A stretch of 64,000 nucleotides of DNA from Actinomycetota bacterium (GCA_009704945.1 WLDG01000004.1:6974-70973), one strand, 5' to 3'. Numbered from the stretch's first letter, positions 1-10,472 are shown. The notes: generated by a model not told the origin, from the sequence alone. Made by a program: numbers and translations.

Positions 1-1
1 C

Positions 2-199
2 CCCGTTTTATTTTTCGCAGTCGCACATGCCCTAGGCGCTACAAAGAAACTAAAGCTTGCATTCATTGCAGTTATCTTGGCAGTGGTTGTTTTTCTTGGC
101 TTTACCCAAGGCCTCAGACTTTATCTTCCATTGGGATTTGATTTCATAAACCAGATCGACCCATCGGTTGAGGAAGACTCGGGAGAGGAAACCTGGTAA
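2..199 (+). CDS. tctB: Tripartite tricarboxylate transporter small subunit TctB (3' part, truncated by window edge)
   Basis: Open hydrophobic frame (PVLFFAVAHALG...FTQGLRLYLPLG...EETW*). Its TAA overlaps the tctA ATG (TAATG). Confidence 0.75.
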   Translation, partial: PVLFFAVAHALGATKKLKLAFIAVILAVVVFLGFTQGLRLYLPLGFDFINQIDPSVEEDSGEETW

Positions 200-1695
200 T
201 GGATTTCGCTAACTTTCTCGCCGGCTTTTCAGCCTCTCTAACTTGGACAAATCTTGGATTTGGCCTTCTAGGAACACTACTTGGGACACTGGTTGGAGTT
301 CTGCCAGGAATTGGTCCGGCACTGGCAATTTCTCTGCTACTTCCGGTGACGTTGGTTGTTGAGCCAACTGCTGCTCTCATTATGTTTGCAGCTATCTACT
401 ACGGAACTATGTTCGGTGGTTCAACCACGTCTATCTTGCTAAATGCGCCTGGTGAGTCTGGTTCTGTTATGACCACGCTCGAGGGGAACAAAATGGCGCG
501 CAATGGTCGAGCTGGTGCTGCACTTGCAACAGCAGCACTTGGCTCATTCGTCGCAGGTGCCATTGCAACAGGAATCGTTGCAGTTGCAGCCCCAACCATT
601 GCATGGATTGGTATTCGAATGACCCCGGCCGATTTCTTTGCGCTAATGGTCTTGGCATTCGGTGCCGTTGGCTCAATCATGGGTCAATCTCTGAAACGTG
701 GTCTGATTGCTCTTTTCATAGGTCTCGCTATTGGCTTGATCGGCTTAGATCTACAGTCAGGTTCTCAACGTTTGACTTTTGAGATTCCAAGGCTTACTGA
801 CGGAATTGAAACCGTGGTGTTAATTGTGTCACTGTTTGCACTCGGCGAGGTTCTATACGTTGCACTCTATGGACGACTCGGTGGAGTTCAACGAAATTCA
901 TTTACTGGTTTTGCGACCATGACGAAGAGCGACTGGAAACGATCCTGGAAGCCCTGGCTGCGAGGCACCGCCATCGGGTTCCCGACAGGTGTTCTTCCTG
1001 CTGGAGGCTCTGAGTTACCAACCTTCCTTAGCTATAGCTTGGAAAAGAAGCTAGCAAAAAAGAAGCACGATGAGTTTGGTAAGGGAGCGATTGAGGGAGT
1101 TGCTGGACCAGAGGCCGCAAACAACGCAAACGCTGCTGGTGCAATGGTGCCACTTCTTGCTCTCGGTATCCCAACTTCTGCGACAGCCGCAGTGCTATTG
1201 GTTGCCTTTCAACAATTCAACATTTCCGCAGGACCACTTCTGTTTACTGACCAACCGCTGCTGGTTTGGACATTGATTGCATCGCTGTTCATCGGAAACC
1301 TCTTGCTACTAGTGATTAATTGGCCGCTAGCGGGCGTCTGGGCTCAGCTGCTCAGAATTCCGGCACCATATCTTTACGCGGGCATCATCACTTTTGCTCT
1401 TGTGGGTGCCTATGTGATTAATAGTGCAAACTTCGACATCTGGATAGCAATCATTATTGGAACAATAGGTCTTCTGTTCAGAAGATTTGGTTATCCAATT
1501 ACTCCTTTGATTCTTGGAGTCATTCTTGGCCCCATGGCGGAGCAAGAATTCCGAAGGGCGCTGCAAGGAGCCGCTGGAGATCCCGCTGTGTTGATCAGCA
1601 CTCCCTTCACGATCATTGTCTACGTCCTGTTGTTCTTGGTTATCACAGTGCCAAGGCTCTATTCCTGGCTAAAGAAAACCGGGAAAATCAAGTAG
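199..1695 (+). CDS. tctA: Tripartite tricarboxylate transporter permease TctA
   Basis: Motifs [37 protein letters not shown] and LGIP; polytopic membrane protein. Confidence 0.93.
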   Translation: MDFANFLAGFSASLTWTNLGFGLLGTLLGTLVGVLPGIGPALAISLLLPVTLVVEPTAALIMFAAIYYGTMFGGSTTSILLNAPGESGSVMTTLEGNKMARNGRAGAALATAALGSFVAGAIATGIVAVAAPTIAWIGIRMTPADFFALMVLAFGAVGSIMGQSLKRGLIALFIGLAIGLIGLDLQSGSQRLTFEIPRLTDGIETVVLIVSLFALGEVLYVALYGRLGGVQRNSFTGFATMTKSDWKRSWKPWLRGTAIGFPTGVLPAGGSELPTFLSYSLEKKLAKKKHDEFGKGAIEGVAGPEAANNANAAGAMVPLLALGIPTSATAAVLLVAFQQFNISAGPLLFTDQPLLVWTLIASLFIGNLLLLVINWPLAGVWAQLLRIPAPYLYAGIITFALVGAYVINSANFDIWIAIIIGTIGLLFRRFGYPITPLILGVILGPMAEQEFRRALQGAAGDPAVLISTPFTIIVYVLLFLVITVPRLYSWLKKTGKIK

Positions 1696-2867
1696 TGAAG
1701 CAAAGTCAAACGAGTAGCAGCCGATGGTTGCTACTCGTTTTACTTAACTCGGGCTTTATTCAGGCGGGCGTTTATGTTGTTCGCCCGATGGTCACTTATC
1801 GCAGCGTTGATTTGGGTGCTGACCCGTGGCTGGTTGGATTAGTTGGCGCTACGTTCGCTCTGGCGCCATTGCTGTTCGCAATCTTGATTGGCAGATGGGT
1901 AGACCGAGGCCGAGATGGTTTAGCGATGGTGATGGGCTCAACCGTCTTGATATTCACTAGCGTGGCAATCATTTTCATTCAAAACATTTCTCTATTGATG
2001 ATCGCGATGCCTATTCTTGGCATCGGTCATCTGCTGGTGATGGTGGGTGGACAAAGCATGATTGCCAACCGATCTCCAGACTCTAGCTTGGAAAAAAACT
2101 TTGGCCTTCTTACCTTCTATGCGTCTTTAGGTCACGCGGTCGGACCTTTCATCGGAGGCTTGCTCGCCGACAGGGGAGGAATTGAAGTAGACACGACCCC
2201 TGCCATCGCATTCTCGTCAGTTTTGTTTATCATCGGTGCTTTGTTAGTGGTGAACCTCCGCCATGTCAGAAAGACAAGTCCTTCTGAACCCACTGAAAGA
2301 TTGAGCGACATTAAGAGTGTCTTAGCAACCCCGACCTACAAATCAGCAATCTTTGTTGCAGGTGCGGCGACTGCAGTAGTTGATGTGGTGCTGATCTTCC
2401 TGCCTCTACTTGGACGTGAGTTGGGACTAAGTGCCACCCAAATCGGAACACTCCTAGCAATTCGTGCTTTTTCCTCCATGGCTGTTCGCGCAGTTTTAGG
2501 AGGAATAACAAATCGATTCGGGATGCTTTGGGTGATCAATTCAGGCTCACTACTAACAATGCTTGGTACTTTTGCTTTGGCATTCGTGACTGACTTTTGG
2601 TGGCTAGCGGTGGTGATAGTAATTACCGGTTTTGCAATGGGTATCGGACAACCTGCCACCATGGCTTGGGTTTCGAGAATTACTCAACCCGGATATAAAG
2701 GCTTAGCAATTTCAATCAGACTAACTTCGAATCGATTGGGACAAGTCGTTGTGCCGGCCACGGCTGGAGTCTTGGCAGGATTTGCACTGAGTAATGTTTT
2801 TCTTTTGCTCTCTTTACTTCAGGCAGTTAGTGTCGCTATTGCCTATCGCTCTTTGCGAAGGCTCTAG
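1695..2867 (+). CDS. MFS transporter
   Basis: About 12 TM segments, MFS motif A-like GRWVDRGR, 390 aa. Confidence 0.85.
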   Translation: MKQSQTSSSRWLLLVLLNSGFIQAGVYVVRPMVTYRSVDLGADPWLVGLVGATFALAPLLFAILIGRWVDRGRDGLAMVMGSTVLIFTSVAIIFIQNISLLMIAMPILGIGHLLVMVGGQSMIANRSPDSSLEKNFGLLTFYASLGHAVGPFIGGLLADRGGIEVDTTPAIAFSSVLFIIGALLVVNLRHVRKTSPSEPTERLSDIKSVLATPTYKSAIFVAGAATAVVDVVLIFLPLLGRELGLSATQIGTLLAIRAFSSMAVRAVLGGITNRFGMLWVINSGSLLTMLGTFALAFVTDFWWLAVVIVITGFAMGIGQPATMAWVSRITQPGYKGLAISIRLTSNRLGQVVVPATAGVLAGFALSNVFLLLSLLQAVSVAIAYRSLRRL

Positions 2868-2891
2868 CACTTCGAGTCGGCAATTAGCAAA

Positions 2892-3599
2892 TTATTCTTC
2901 GTCTGTCGGTGCTGCTAATCGGAAACCAACACTTCTGACCACCGAAATCACATTCGGTCCACCAGCTTCTCTAATCTTTTTTCTCAGTCTCGAAGCATGC
3001 GAATCAACCAGATGATCTGATTTGTAACCTCGGAATGAACCAATGGTTTGCAAAATCTGCTCTCTTGAAAAGATTCGATCCGGGTTGGCAAGTAGTAGTT
3101 GAAGAAATTGATACTCAGCATTGGTCAGCATCACGTGCTTCCCGCCAACTTTGAAGCTGTGTTGGCTCAGGTCCATTTCTAGCGGCCCCCAGGTTAGGAT
3201 GTTTGCTCTAGGAGACCGCTGGGTTTCCCCGCGTTTCATCTGCTGGGTGACACGAGAGGTCAAAATTCTCTCGACAATTGGCTTAGTTACGTAGTCGTCA
3301 GCACCAGCGTTTAGCACCATCTCCTCATCAATCACCTCATCGCGGTGAGTGAGCATGATGATTGGGACGGTTGATTGAGCTCGAATTGACCGACACAGCT
3401 GCATGCTTTCGAGCTGTGAGTGGCCAAGGTGGATCAGAACAATGCTGTAGTCGCGCAACGGAAACAGCTCTTGGGCCTCTTGTTGGGTAGCAGCGTCATA
3501 AACCACAAGACCCATCAGCTCTAATTGCATGCGGATGCTGAGTCGATCCTCTGAGTCATCCTCAATTAGGAGTGCGTTGGGTCTGTCGTCGGTCATCAT
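2892..3599 (-). CDS. OmpR/PhoB-family response regulator with an atypical receiver (phosphoacceptor Asp replaced by His)
   Basis: Receiver motifs LIEDD, PIIMLT and GADDYVTKP, plus winged helix (VDSHASRLRKKI...VRSVGFRL). Confidence 0.88.
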   Translation of the reverse strand: MMTDDRPNALLIEDDSEDRLSIRMQLELMGLVVYDAATQQEAQELFPLRDYSIVLIHLGHSQLESMQLCRSIRAQSTVPIIMLTHRDEVIDEEMVLNAGADDYVTKPIVERILTSRVTQQMKRGETQRSPRANILTWGPLEMDLSQHSFKVGGKHVMLTNAEYQFLQLLLANPDRIFSREQILQTIGSFRGYKSDHLVDSHASRLRKKIREAGGPNVISVVRSVGFRLAAPTDEE

Positions 3600-3683
3600 T
3601 TGATTTTTCCTTTTGACAAAAAATTGATGGATTCGTGAAAAACTCTTGAGGTTTTTGCAAATATCCAGGAGTAGCTTTCCTGT

Positions 3684-4469
3684 ATGACTGACCTTTCAGA
3701 TAAGACAGGTGTGACTGCAATTGAAGAGCTACTCACACTTGATAACAGTAGTCCTACGGGACAGAAAGCGTCCCAGCAATCCCTAGATGCAGAAAATAGC
3801 ACTAGCAAAAACAACAGATCGAGCGCGAGACTTAATCTGCTGTCCACAATTCTGGCCATAATCGCCATAATCATTGCCCTTTGGGCGTTTACTACCGTCG
3901 TGGCAGGGCGTAATGCCGATGCCGGCAATGGGGAAACGACCACAATCATTCAAGCTGGTCCACAAGGCGCTGCCGGCAAAAATGGAATCAACGGAGCTGA
4001 TGGAGCCCCAGGTGCCCCAGGTTCCGCAGGCGCAACTGGCGCAACTGGACCCGCTGGAGCCCAGGGCCCTCAAGGTGAAACAGGTGCTACAGGGGCAACT
4101 GGACCTGCTGGTGCAAATGGTTCGGATGGTGCCACTGGCGCAACTGGAGCTACAGGCCCTGCTGGCCCGCAAGGAGCAACCGGCCCTGCTGGCGCTGCAG
4201 GACCTGCTGGCGCACAAGGAGCGGATGGTGCCACAGGTGCAACTGGAGCTACAGGTCCTGCTGGCCCTCAAGGAGCAGCAGGTGCTGATGGTGCAACCGG
4301 TGCAACAGGACCCGCTGGCCCACAAGGACCCGCTGGCACATCGGGCTCGGGAATAAACGTCGGCGATGCGTGTACCTTCGTTGCCAATGGCGAGTTACAC
4401 CGCGGAACAGTTCAATGGCAGGAAAATGGAGCGAATACTCAATTGCAGTGCATAGTTCCTCGTCCATAA
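3684..4469 (+). CDS. Membrane-anchored collagen-like (Gly-X-Y) protein
   Basis: One TM segment, 43 uninterrupted GXY triplets and a small two-Cys C-terminal domain. TAGCTT lies 6 nt before the ATG. Confidence 0.85.
   Translation: MTDLSDKTGVTAIEELLTLDNSSPTGQKASQQSLDAENSTSKNNRSSARLNLLSTILAIIAIIIALWAFTTVVAGRNADAGNGETTTIIQAGPQGAAGKNGINGADGAPGAPGSAGATGATGPAGAQGPQGETGATGATGPAGANGSDGATGATGATGPAGPQGATGPAGAAGPAGAQGADGATGATGATGPAGPQGAAGADGATGATGPAGPQGPAGTSGSGINVGDACTFVANGELHRGTVQWQENGANTQLQCIVPRP
3957..4343 (+). repeat. Collagen Gly-X-Y coding repeat (9-nt period)
   Basis: GAT/GPA/GPQ triplets, 43 counted by hand. Confidence 0.9.
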
Positions 4470-4651
4470 AGCGATTGTGAGCCTGCAGTGCTTTTGTTGC
4501 CAACCTTGTTTCTCTCTCGGCAATTGAAAGAGCTGCAGGTTTTCACTTTCTAGCGATCAAGCATCGCAAGGCGCGATATTGATGTTCATTATTTCGTTGC
4601 CCCAAGACAGCTTTAGACTGTTTCGGTAGTGGGAAGTGTTTAGAAGGCTGG

Positions 4652-6025
4652 ATGAAAAACAAGATTAGATTTCTCGGAGCCACCGAGACCGTCACCGGCA
4701 GTAAGTATTTAGTCGAAACACCTGACTATAAATTGTTGGTGGATTGCGGCTTGTTTCAAGGCTATAAGAGCCTTCGGCTCAGAAACTGGGAGGAGTTTCC
4801 TTTCGATCCTGCTGAGCTAGATGCAATTGTTCTTACACACGCTCATCTGGATCACTCGGGGCTAATCCCAGCCATTGTTAGGCAAGGATTCCGGGGCAAG
4901 ATTTACATGACAGCTGGCACACTTGAACTGTGCAAAATTCTCTGGGCCGACAGCGCAAAAATCTATGCAGAAGATGCCGAGAGAGCTAATCGCAAGCGCT
5001 ATACCAAGCACGAGCCTGCCAAGCCGCTCTTCGAGTTAGCAGATGTGGAGAGTGCTTTGTCTTTGGCGCAAGTCGTTGAGTTTAATCAAGAGCTGACTCT
5101 GGCAAAAGAAATCACGGTCACCTTTCGGCACGCAGGACACATCCTTGGCGCAGCACAGGTAGTTTTGAGCGTAAACAAAAAGAAGATTCACTTCACAGGA
5201 GATTTGGGAAGAGCAAAGGATCCACTTATGCTCGGGCCTGCTGCATTTGAAGGCGCCGACATTTTGGTAACGGAATCAACCTATGGGGGCTCTAACCACG
5301 CCGCGAGTGACCCGGAACAAGAACTAGAAGAGATCCTCAACAAAGTTTTGAAGCGGGGAGGCACTGTGGTGATTCCTGCCTTTGCTGTTGGTAGAACTCA
5401 GTCGCTCATGCTTCACATTTGGCGACTGATCAAGAAGGGCAAGCTTCCCAAGGTAACAATGTATTTGAACAGCCCGATGGCGACCAGTGTCAGCTCGCTC
5501 TACCATCAGCACAAAGAAGAGCACAGAATTGATCTCGAAGAGTTCGATGAGATGTATTCAGCAGCTCGAATCATTCGTGATGTTAGCGAATCTAAGGCCT
5601 TGAATGAATCAGAGGAAGCAAAGATCATCATCGCTGCCAGTGGAATGATGGAGGGCGGCAGAGTTCTTCACCACGTTGCTAAGTTTGGACCGGATTCAAG
5701 AAATGCCATCCTGTTTTCTGGTTACCAAGCCGGCGGCACCCGGGGGAGAAAGCTCCTGGATGGAGACAAGTCAGTTCGAATTTTTCACGCTGACGTGTCG
5801 ATCCGAGCGGAAATCTTTTTTATGGACACAATGTCTGCCCACATGGACAGCAATGAGCTAATTGAGTGGCTGGGAGCTTGCAAAACGAAACCGACGATGA
5901 CTTATGTAACTCATGGTGAACCAGATTCAGCTGATCGCATGCGATTTAGAATTACCGACGAATTAGGTTGGACAGCCCGCGCAGCGACCTATGGCGAAGT
6001 TATAGATATCGATAATCCCAAATAA
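4652..6025 (+). CDS. MBL-fold beta-CASP family (RNA-processing) metallohydrolase
   Basis: Motifs GATETVTGS, DCG, HAHLDH, GHILG, ESTYG, SAH and THGE. Confidence 0.9.
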   Translation: MKNKIRFLGATETVTGSKYLVETPDYKLLVDCGLFQGYKSLRLRNWEEFPFDPAELDAIVLTHAHLDHSGLIPAIVRQGFRGKIYMTAGTLELCKILWADSAKIYAEDAERANRKRYTKHEPAKPLFELADVESALSLAQVVEFNQELTLAKEITVTFRHAGHILGAAQVVLSVNKKKIHFTGDLGRAKDPLMLGPAAFEGADILVTESTYGGSNHAASDPEQELEEILNKVLKRGGTVVIPAFAVGRTQSLMLHIWRLIKKGKLPKVTMYLNSPMATSVSSLYHQHKEEHRIDLEEFDEMYSAARIIRDVSESKALNESEEAKIIIAASGMMEGGRVLHHVAKFGPDSRNAILFSGYQAGGTRGRKLLDGDKSVRIFHADVSIRAEIFFMDTMSAHMDSNELIEWLGACKTKPTMTYVTHGEPDSADRMRFRITDELGWTARAATYGEVIDIDNPK

Positions 6026-6026
6026 C

Positions 6027-7787
6027 CTAGCTCCTAGGCATGGGAAGAATTGCAGAGAAGCTGCCAGATGCCGTTCCGCTCAGCGACCAGTTTTTGGTTA
6101 GTTTTGTAATCATTTCAAAGCCCAGCCCTGCAGACAACTCTCCAGATAATGCTCGTCCATTGTTACCTGCAACGATTGCCAGATCACCTTCTGAATTGAG
6201 GTAGGCATTAAGCCAGAACTTATTGGCACCGCCGTGCCTACTGGCATTGCTGACAAGTTCTTTCACGATTTCTACCAGGCAAGTTGTAGAAGTCTTGCTC
6301 TTTTCAAGCGCTAGAGAGGCGCTCGGTGCGATCTGATACTCAACACCGCAGACTCCTTGCCAGGTGTCGACTATTTCACCTAGAAGTTCTTGGAGGGGTC
6401 TATCAAAATCAGGTGGGCTACTAAGCACCGTTTTTGCTCTTTCGATGTCAGCTCGAACTGCCAGCTTTAGGCTCTCATCAGGCCTTGCTGACATTTCGAG
6501 CCTTGAAGAGGCCACGGTTAGTGCTCCTTGGACTGTGCCATGAATAATGTAGGACCACTTTCGTTGTGCCACCCATACGGCCTGATCCAGCAGATCTAGC
6601 TCATGCCTGATTTCAGAGTTGACTCTTTGGATTTCGGCCGCGTTTTCATCTCTAGTTCTCTGCAAGGCAAACCAGGCAGTTGAGCAGATGGCTGTGAACA
6701 AAAGAACGCCGCCTGCTGTGAATGTGGTCAGGCCAACCAGCGGGTACTGCAAGCCCAAGCTGTAGATAGCAATCCCAGTTGGCAGGTAAGCAATAACACT
6801 TGCTGCCGCTGGGATGTTCAGCGCATATGAAATAGGAATCCTTTTTCCGGGCAGAGCGAACTGGATGAATCTTCCAATGATTGGATAGCTCAGTGAGATA
6901 CCCAACACCAGCATGGAGCTCCAAAAATCAGCTTTAGACACAATGGTCAAAAATATATTTGGCATCGCAATTACGTAAGAAGCTATAAAGCTCGAATCTA
7001 TATTAGGAACCACTTTAAGTTTCCAAATGTTTTTTGACTCGCGTGGCTCTAACTGTGGAGGCTCCATGGAGCGAAGTATTTGAACACGTGCTTGCAGCTC
7101 TCGACTGAGTGGCCGCACTTGGTTTCTAACCAACGCTTGGATCTGAATCTTGAGGGCAGCTGATTCGGCAGCATCCATTACTTTTTCATTGGAACTGGCA
7201 ATCCTGTCTAATTCGCCTCCTAGAGAATTGTTTGCTCTCTCCTGGAGTTCAGCCTCAACTTCATCTGCAACAGCGATGGTTGTGTTCTTTTGTTCCAGCA
7301 ATCGAGCAGTGACGCGATTTAGCTCAACTGTTACAAGGACATGATTGTTGTAAGCGCTAAACATGGCAGCGGCAATCAGGATGTAGAGAATCGCAATTGT
7401 CAGATCACCGGAAATTCTTTGCTGCAGGTTAGTTTGAAAATCTTCCTGATGCACCAGCAGCATAAGCACCAAGCTCTTGGTTCCAGCCGCAATCGTTGTA
7501 ATGACAACTATTGCCAGAGCCTTGGCACCATTGCTTTGCATTCTCTTTGCAAGGCTAAACAGCACAAGAAATACGACTAGAAATGCTGCAATAGAGAGTG
7601 GTGAAAACAAAAAGAGCAATGGAAAAACACCAAAATCTCTTTGCCCCTCGTATCCAATGTCTGTGAGAAAGAGGGTTATTGAGAGAAAGCCCAGCAGTCT
7701 TGGATTTCTTAGTTCTAATCTGCTTAGCCCAGTGTTAACCAAGGATGCTAGCCAGGCACTAGATCGAGGCACTAGGCGAACCTTCAC
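6027..7787 (-). CDS. Membrane sensor histidine kinase-like protein (HisKA_3/HATPase type)
   Basis: Many TM segments, H-box-like IHGTVQG, N-box ELVSNASRHG and GLG. Coupled to the upstream response regulator. Confidence 0.75.
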   Translation of the reverse strand: MKVRLVPRSSAWLASLVNTGLSRLELRNPRLLGFLSITLFLTDIGYEGQRDFGVFPLLFLFSPLSIAAFLVVFLVLFSLAKRMQSNGAKALAIVVITTIAAGTKSLVLMLLVHQEDFQTNLQQRISGDLTIAILYILIAAAMFSAYNNHVLVTVELNRVTARLLEQKNTTIAVADEVEAELQERANNSLGGELDRIASSNEKVMDAAESAALKIQIQALVRNQVRPLSRELQARVQILRSMEPPQLEPRESKNIWKLKVVPNIDSSFIASYVIAMPNIFLTIVSKADFWSSMLVLGISLSYPIIGRFIQFALPGKRIPISYALNIPAAASVIAYLPTGIAIYSLGLQYPLVGLTTFTAGGVLLFTAICSTAWFALQRTRDENAAEIQRVNSEIRHELDLLDQAVWVAQRKWSYIIHGTVQGALTVASSRLEMSARPDESLKLAVRADIERAKTVLSSPPDFDRPLQELLGEIVDTWQGVCGVEYQIAPSASLALEKSKTSTTCLVEIVKELVSNASRHGGANKFWLNAYLNSEGDLAIVAGNNGRALSGELSAGLGFEMITKLTKNWSLSGTASGSFSAILPMPRS

Positions 7788-8425
7788 TTAGTGGGACCTG
7801 CAGTTTTCAGATATTTGATTGCCGCCTGCACTCGCTTTTCTGGCCCAGCTTCTTCATCGATGTCCAGCGCTTGGAATGCTCGAACCAGGATCATGCGTAC
7901 CGCACGAATGGTGGTTCCTCTAATTTCAGCAATCTCTTCGTTGGATTTACCCTGGGCAACTAGCCTCACAACATCCAGTTGTGATCTAGACAATTCTGAA
8001 AGCGGGTTCTTTGCATTGAGGTCATCTCGGTAATCCGAACCTTTTCCTCTTGAAACCTGTCTTATGACTTCATTTAGGACGCCGGTCTCACCCATTCTGC
8101 TTTTTACTAAGTACGCAAAACCTGAGGGCAACTCTTTTCCTGATCTGCCTGCAAGTTTTGGCTCGACCAGATTCGTGAGAAAGATGATGGCAATTGCTGA
8201 GTTAACAGCTCGCAGGTTGGTGGCTAGATCAAATCCATTGGGACCGGGGCCGAGATCAACATCAATAATGGCAACGTCTGCGTCAAAGGTTTGACAGACT
8301 TTTCTAGCATCGGAGGCTGAGTCAGCACTTTTTGTTTCGTAACCAAGTGACCTGACCACTTCGGTCAGTAGGGAACGAACCAAGGGCTCATCATCAACGA
8401 TTAGCACCCTCAGCTTGAATTCCAT
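7784..8425 (-). CDS. NarL/FixJ-family response regulator (REC + LuxR HTH)
   Basis: Motifs VLIVDDE, AIIDVDL, FLT and LSRSQLDVVRLVAQGKSNEEIA. Start moved to ATG 8425 because CATTCT lies 6 nt upstream. Confidence 0.88.
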   Translation of the reverse strand: MEFKLRVLIVDDEPLVRSLLTEVVRSLGYETKSADSASDARKVCQTFDADVAIIDVDLGPGPNGFDLATNLRAVNSAIAIIFLTNLVEPKLAGRSGKELPSGFAYLVKSRMGETGVLNEVIRQVSRGKGSDYRDDLNAKNPLSELSRSQLDVVRLVAQGKSNEEIAEIRGTTIRAVRMILVRAFQALDIDEEAGPEKRVQAAIKYLKTAGPTK

Positions 8426-8569
8426 GGCTATAGAATGCCAGATACGGAAAGACGAACATTTTGCCTTGGTTCCCATGAAGGAACATTGCTGGAAATCGAG
8501 TCTTTCTATAATTCAGAATTACCCCAATTGAGCCGGAGTCCAATGGTGCCCTTTAGCTTTCCTCCCCTG

Positions 8570-8740
8570 ATGCCAGGTGGAAGCCGATTTGGCGAGCAAT
8601 ACCCAAAGCACATCCAATCTTGGTCTAGTCGGCTCAAATCCAGCATCGCCAAAGACGATATGGCTGATCTGAAAGAGAAGTACCAGTCAGTCCCGCTGCG
8701 CCGCGCAGCACAGCCGAAGAAAACCAGGAAAAGCCGCTAG
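8570..8740 (+). CDS. Possible small basic hypothetical protein
   Basis: Open frame in an otherwise empty gap; start uncertain and no recognisable motif. Confidence 0.3.
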   Translation: MPGGSRFGEQYPKHIQSWSSRLKSSIAKDDMADLKEKYQSVPLRRAAQPKKTRKSR

Positions 8741-8832
8741 GCCAATGGTTTCCTGGCAGAACATTTTTATTCAACCCCTCGTCAACTCAGCTAACCTAAT
8801 AGAAGTTTTCAGGGCCAATCCAAGGAGCCAAA

Positions 8833-9333
8833 ATGCAAAACTCAGCTGAAACAGCCTTCGTAGTAGTGGCTCTGCTAGGGGTAGTGGCATTCCTGGTCTG
8901 GCTGGTCTTCTTCACTGGCGAAGGATATAAAGGGATTTGGGAAGACCTAAAAAGTATTGGAAGTAATAAGAAAAAGGAAAGATTCCCCGTCCCTATTTTT
9001 GACAGATCCAAGATCGACCTGCCAAGACCTAAGAAACCTAAGCTCGGCACAATTTCTCGGGAACCAATCAATTTCAATGAGCAGCAGCTCAGAGACTGGG
9101 CCGAACAACTCCAGCAGTCGATCAAAGACATTCGCAAAGAGGCTAATGAATTGGCCAAGGCATATAACTCCATGCCCCCCTCACTAGTTGAGGACCCGAG
9201 CAAACCAAGACGAAAGCCAAAAGCCGCTCCAAAGGCAAAAACCACGAAAAGGCCTGCCGCCAAGAAAGCTGCCCCTAAGAAACCTGCCGTCAAGCCAAAA
9301 AAGAAGGCTGCTCCTAAGAAGAAGGGAAGGTAG
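8833..9333 (+). CDS. Membrane protein with histone-H1-like Lys/Ala/Pro tail
   Basis: RBS AAGGAG, N-terminal TM segment, short coiled coil, C-terminal KKAAPKK repeats. Confidence 0.8.
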   Translation: MQNSAETAFVVVALLGVVAFLVWLVFFTGEGYKGIWEDLKSIGSNKKKERFPVPIFDRSKIDLPRPKKPKLGTISREPINFNEQQLRDWAEQLQQSIKDIRKEANELAKAYNSMPPSLVEDPSKPRRKPKAAPKAKTTKRPAAKKAAPKKPAVKPKKKAAPKKKGR

Positions 9334-9371
9334 GTTCCCAAAACTAACCCCTTTGGGCTACCCTTTAGAAC

Positions 9372-10472
9372 ATGACTGAGCCAACCAAGAAGGTCTTCTC
9401 CACCGCTGTCGGTGGCTATAGCCGCAATGAAGTAGATGAATACATTGCATGGCTGCGAAAGACCATGCAGGAGCTTGAGTCCTACAACGCCCTGGCTGTT
9501 CGTGAACAGAACTCTCTTCGTGAGCGGGTTGTTCAACTAGAAGAGTCACTCAAGCTTGCTAAGTCCCCTGGTTACGCTCAACTCGGAGCACAGTTCGAGC
9601 AAACTCTTAGGTTGGCCGAGTCAGAAGCCGCCAAGTTAGTCAATGACGCAGGTAAGGACGCGGTTCGAATCAGAGAAACCGCTAAGGCTGAAGCGGAAAG
9701 AATCAAGTTTGAGGCTGAAGAATTTGCCAAACCAGTCGTTGATGGCGCGAACCGCGAAGCAAGACGAATGGTCATGCAGGCTCGCAAGCAGTCAGAGGAA
9801 ATCCTGGAGCAGGCTCAAGATGAGCTTCGTCAAGTTCAGGCTGAGCGAGCCCAGCTGCAAAAAGAAGCAAATGTAATCAAGTCTGAAGCTGACAATCACG
9901 TTGCCAAGGTCAAGGCTGATCTTCAAACTGAAGTCGAGAGAATTCAGACTGAGAACGCCAGACTTCTCAAGCGCAACGCTGACATTGAATCCGAGATCAG
10001 AAGCAAGATTGACGACGGTGAGAAGCAAGCGCTAGAGCTATTCCGTAAGATCCAGCGCGAATCTCAAGAAATGCACGATCAAGCAGAGCGCGAGCTTAGG
10101 GCCGCCACTGCTGAAGCCGCATCTCTAATTGAAAATGCAGAAATGACCTTGGAAAATGCTCGCAAAGAAGCAGATCGAATTGCTCAAGAATCGCAGTCAA
10201 TGGCAGCAGCATTGCTCGCTGATGCTAGAGCACGAGCAGAGAAGCTTGCTGTTCGATCACTAGACATTACTCGCGAAGCAATTGCCGAAGCTGAATACAG
10301 ACTTGCCAAGCTTCCTTCGCAACAGAATTCAATTCAGGACTTCCTGGCAGAGACTCGCTCTATGCTCACGCCAGAGCAGGAAGTGCTTATCTCTAGAAGA
10401 AAGAGCTTGGATCAGGCAATCGCTCAGCCACTCGAAGCTGAATTAATTGAAGAAGCTGACGACAACAAGTAA
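9372..10472 (+). CDS. DivIVA-domain long coiled-coil protein (FilP/Scy-like)
   Basis: N-terminal FSTAVGGYSRNEVDEYI (DivIVA motif) followed by an A/E/R-rich coiled coil. Confidence 0.82.
   Translation: MTEPTKKVFSTAVGGYSRNEVDEYIAWLRKTMQELESYNALAVREQNSLRERVVQLEESLKLAKSPGYAQLGAQFEQTLRLAESEAAKLVNDAGKDAVRIRETAKAEAERIKFEAEEFAKPVVDGANREARRMVMQARKQSEEILEQAQDELRQVQAERAQLQKEANVIKSEADNHVAKVKADLQTEVERIQTENARLLKRNADIESEIRSKIDDGEKQALELFRKIQRESQEMHDQAERELRAATAEAASLIENAEMTLENARKEADRIAQESQSMAAALLADARARAEKLAVRSLDITREAIAEAEYRLAKLPSQQNSIQDFLAETRSMLTPEQEVLISRRKSLDQAIAQPLEAELIEEADDNK

Noticed and set aside
3783-4356. Alternative-frame ORFs and periodic DNA over the collagen gene (possible CRISPR or VNTR)
   Set aside because: The 9-nt periodicity is explained by Gly-X-Y coding; there is no repeat-spacer structure and no cas gene.
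8796-9536. 246-aa minus-strand ORF
   Set aside because: It is the antisense shadow of the Lys/Ala/Pro-rich gene and the DivIVA-like gene, which have an RBS and recognisable motifs.
9372-10472. Calling this gene wag31/divIVA
   Set aside because: It is not in the dcw/sepF context and is longer than typical, so only the domain is supported.
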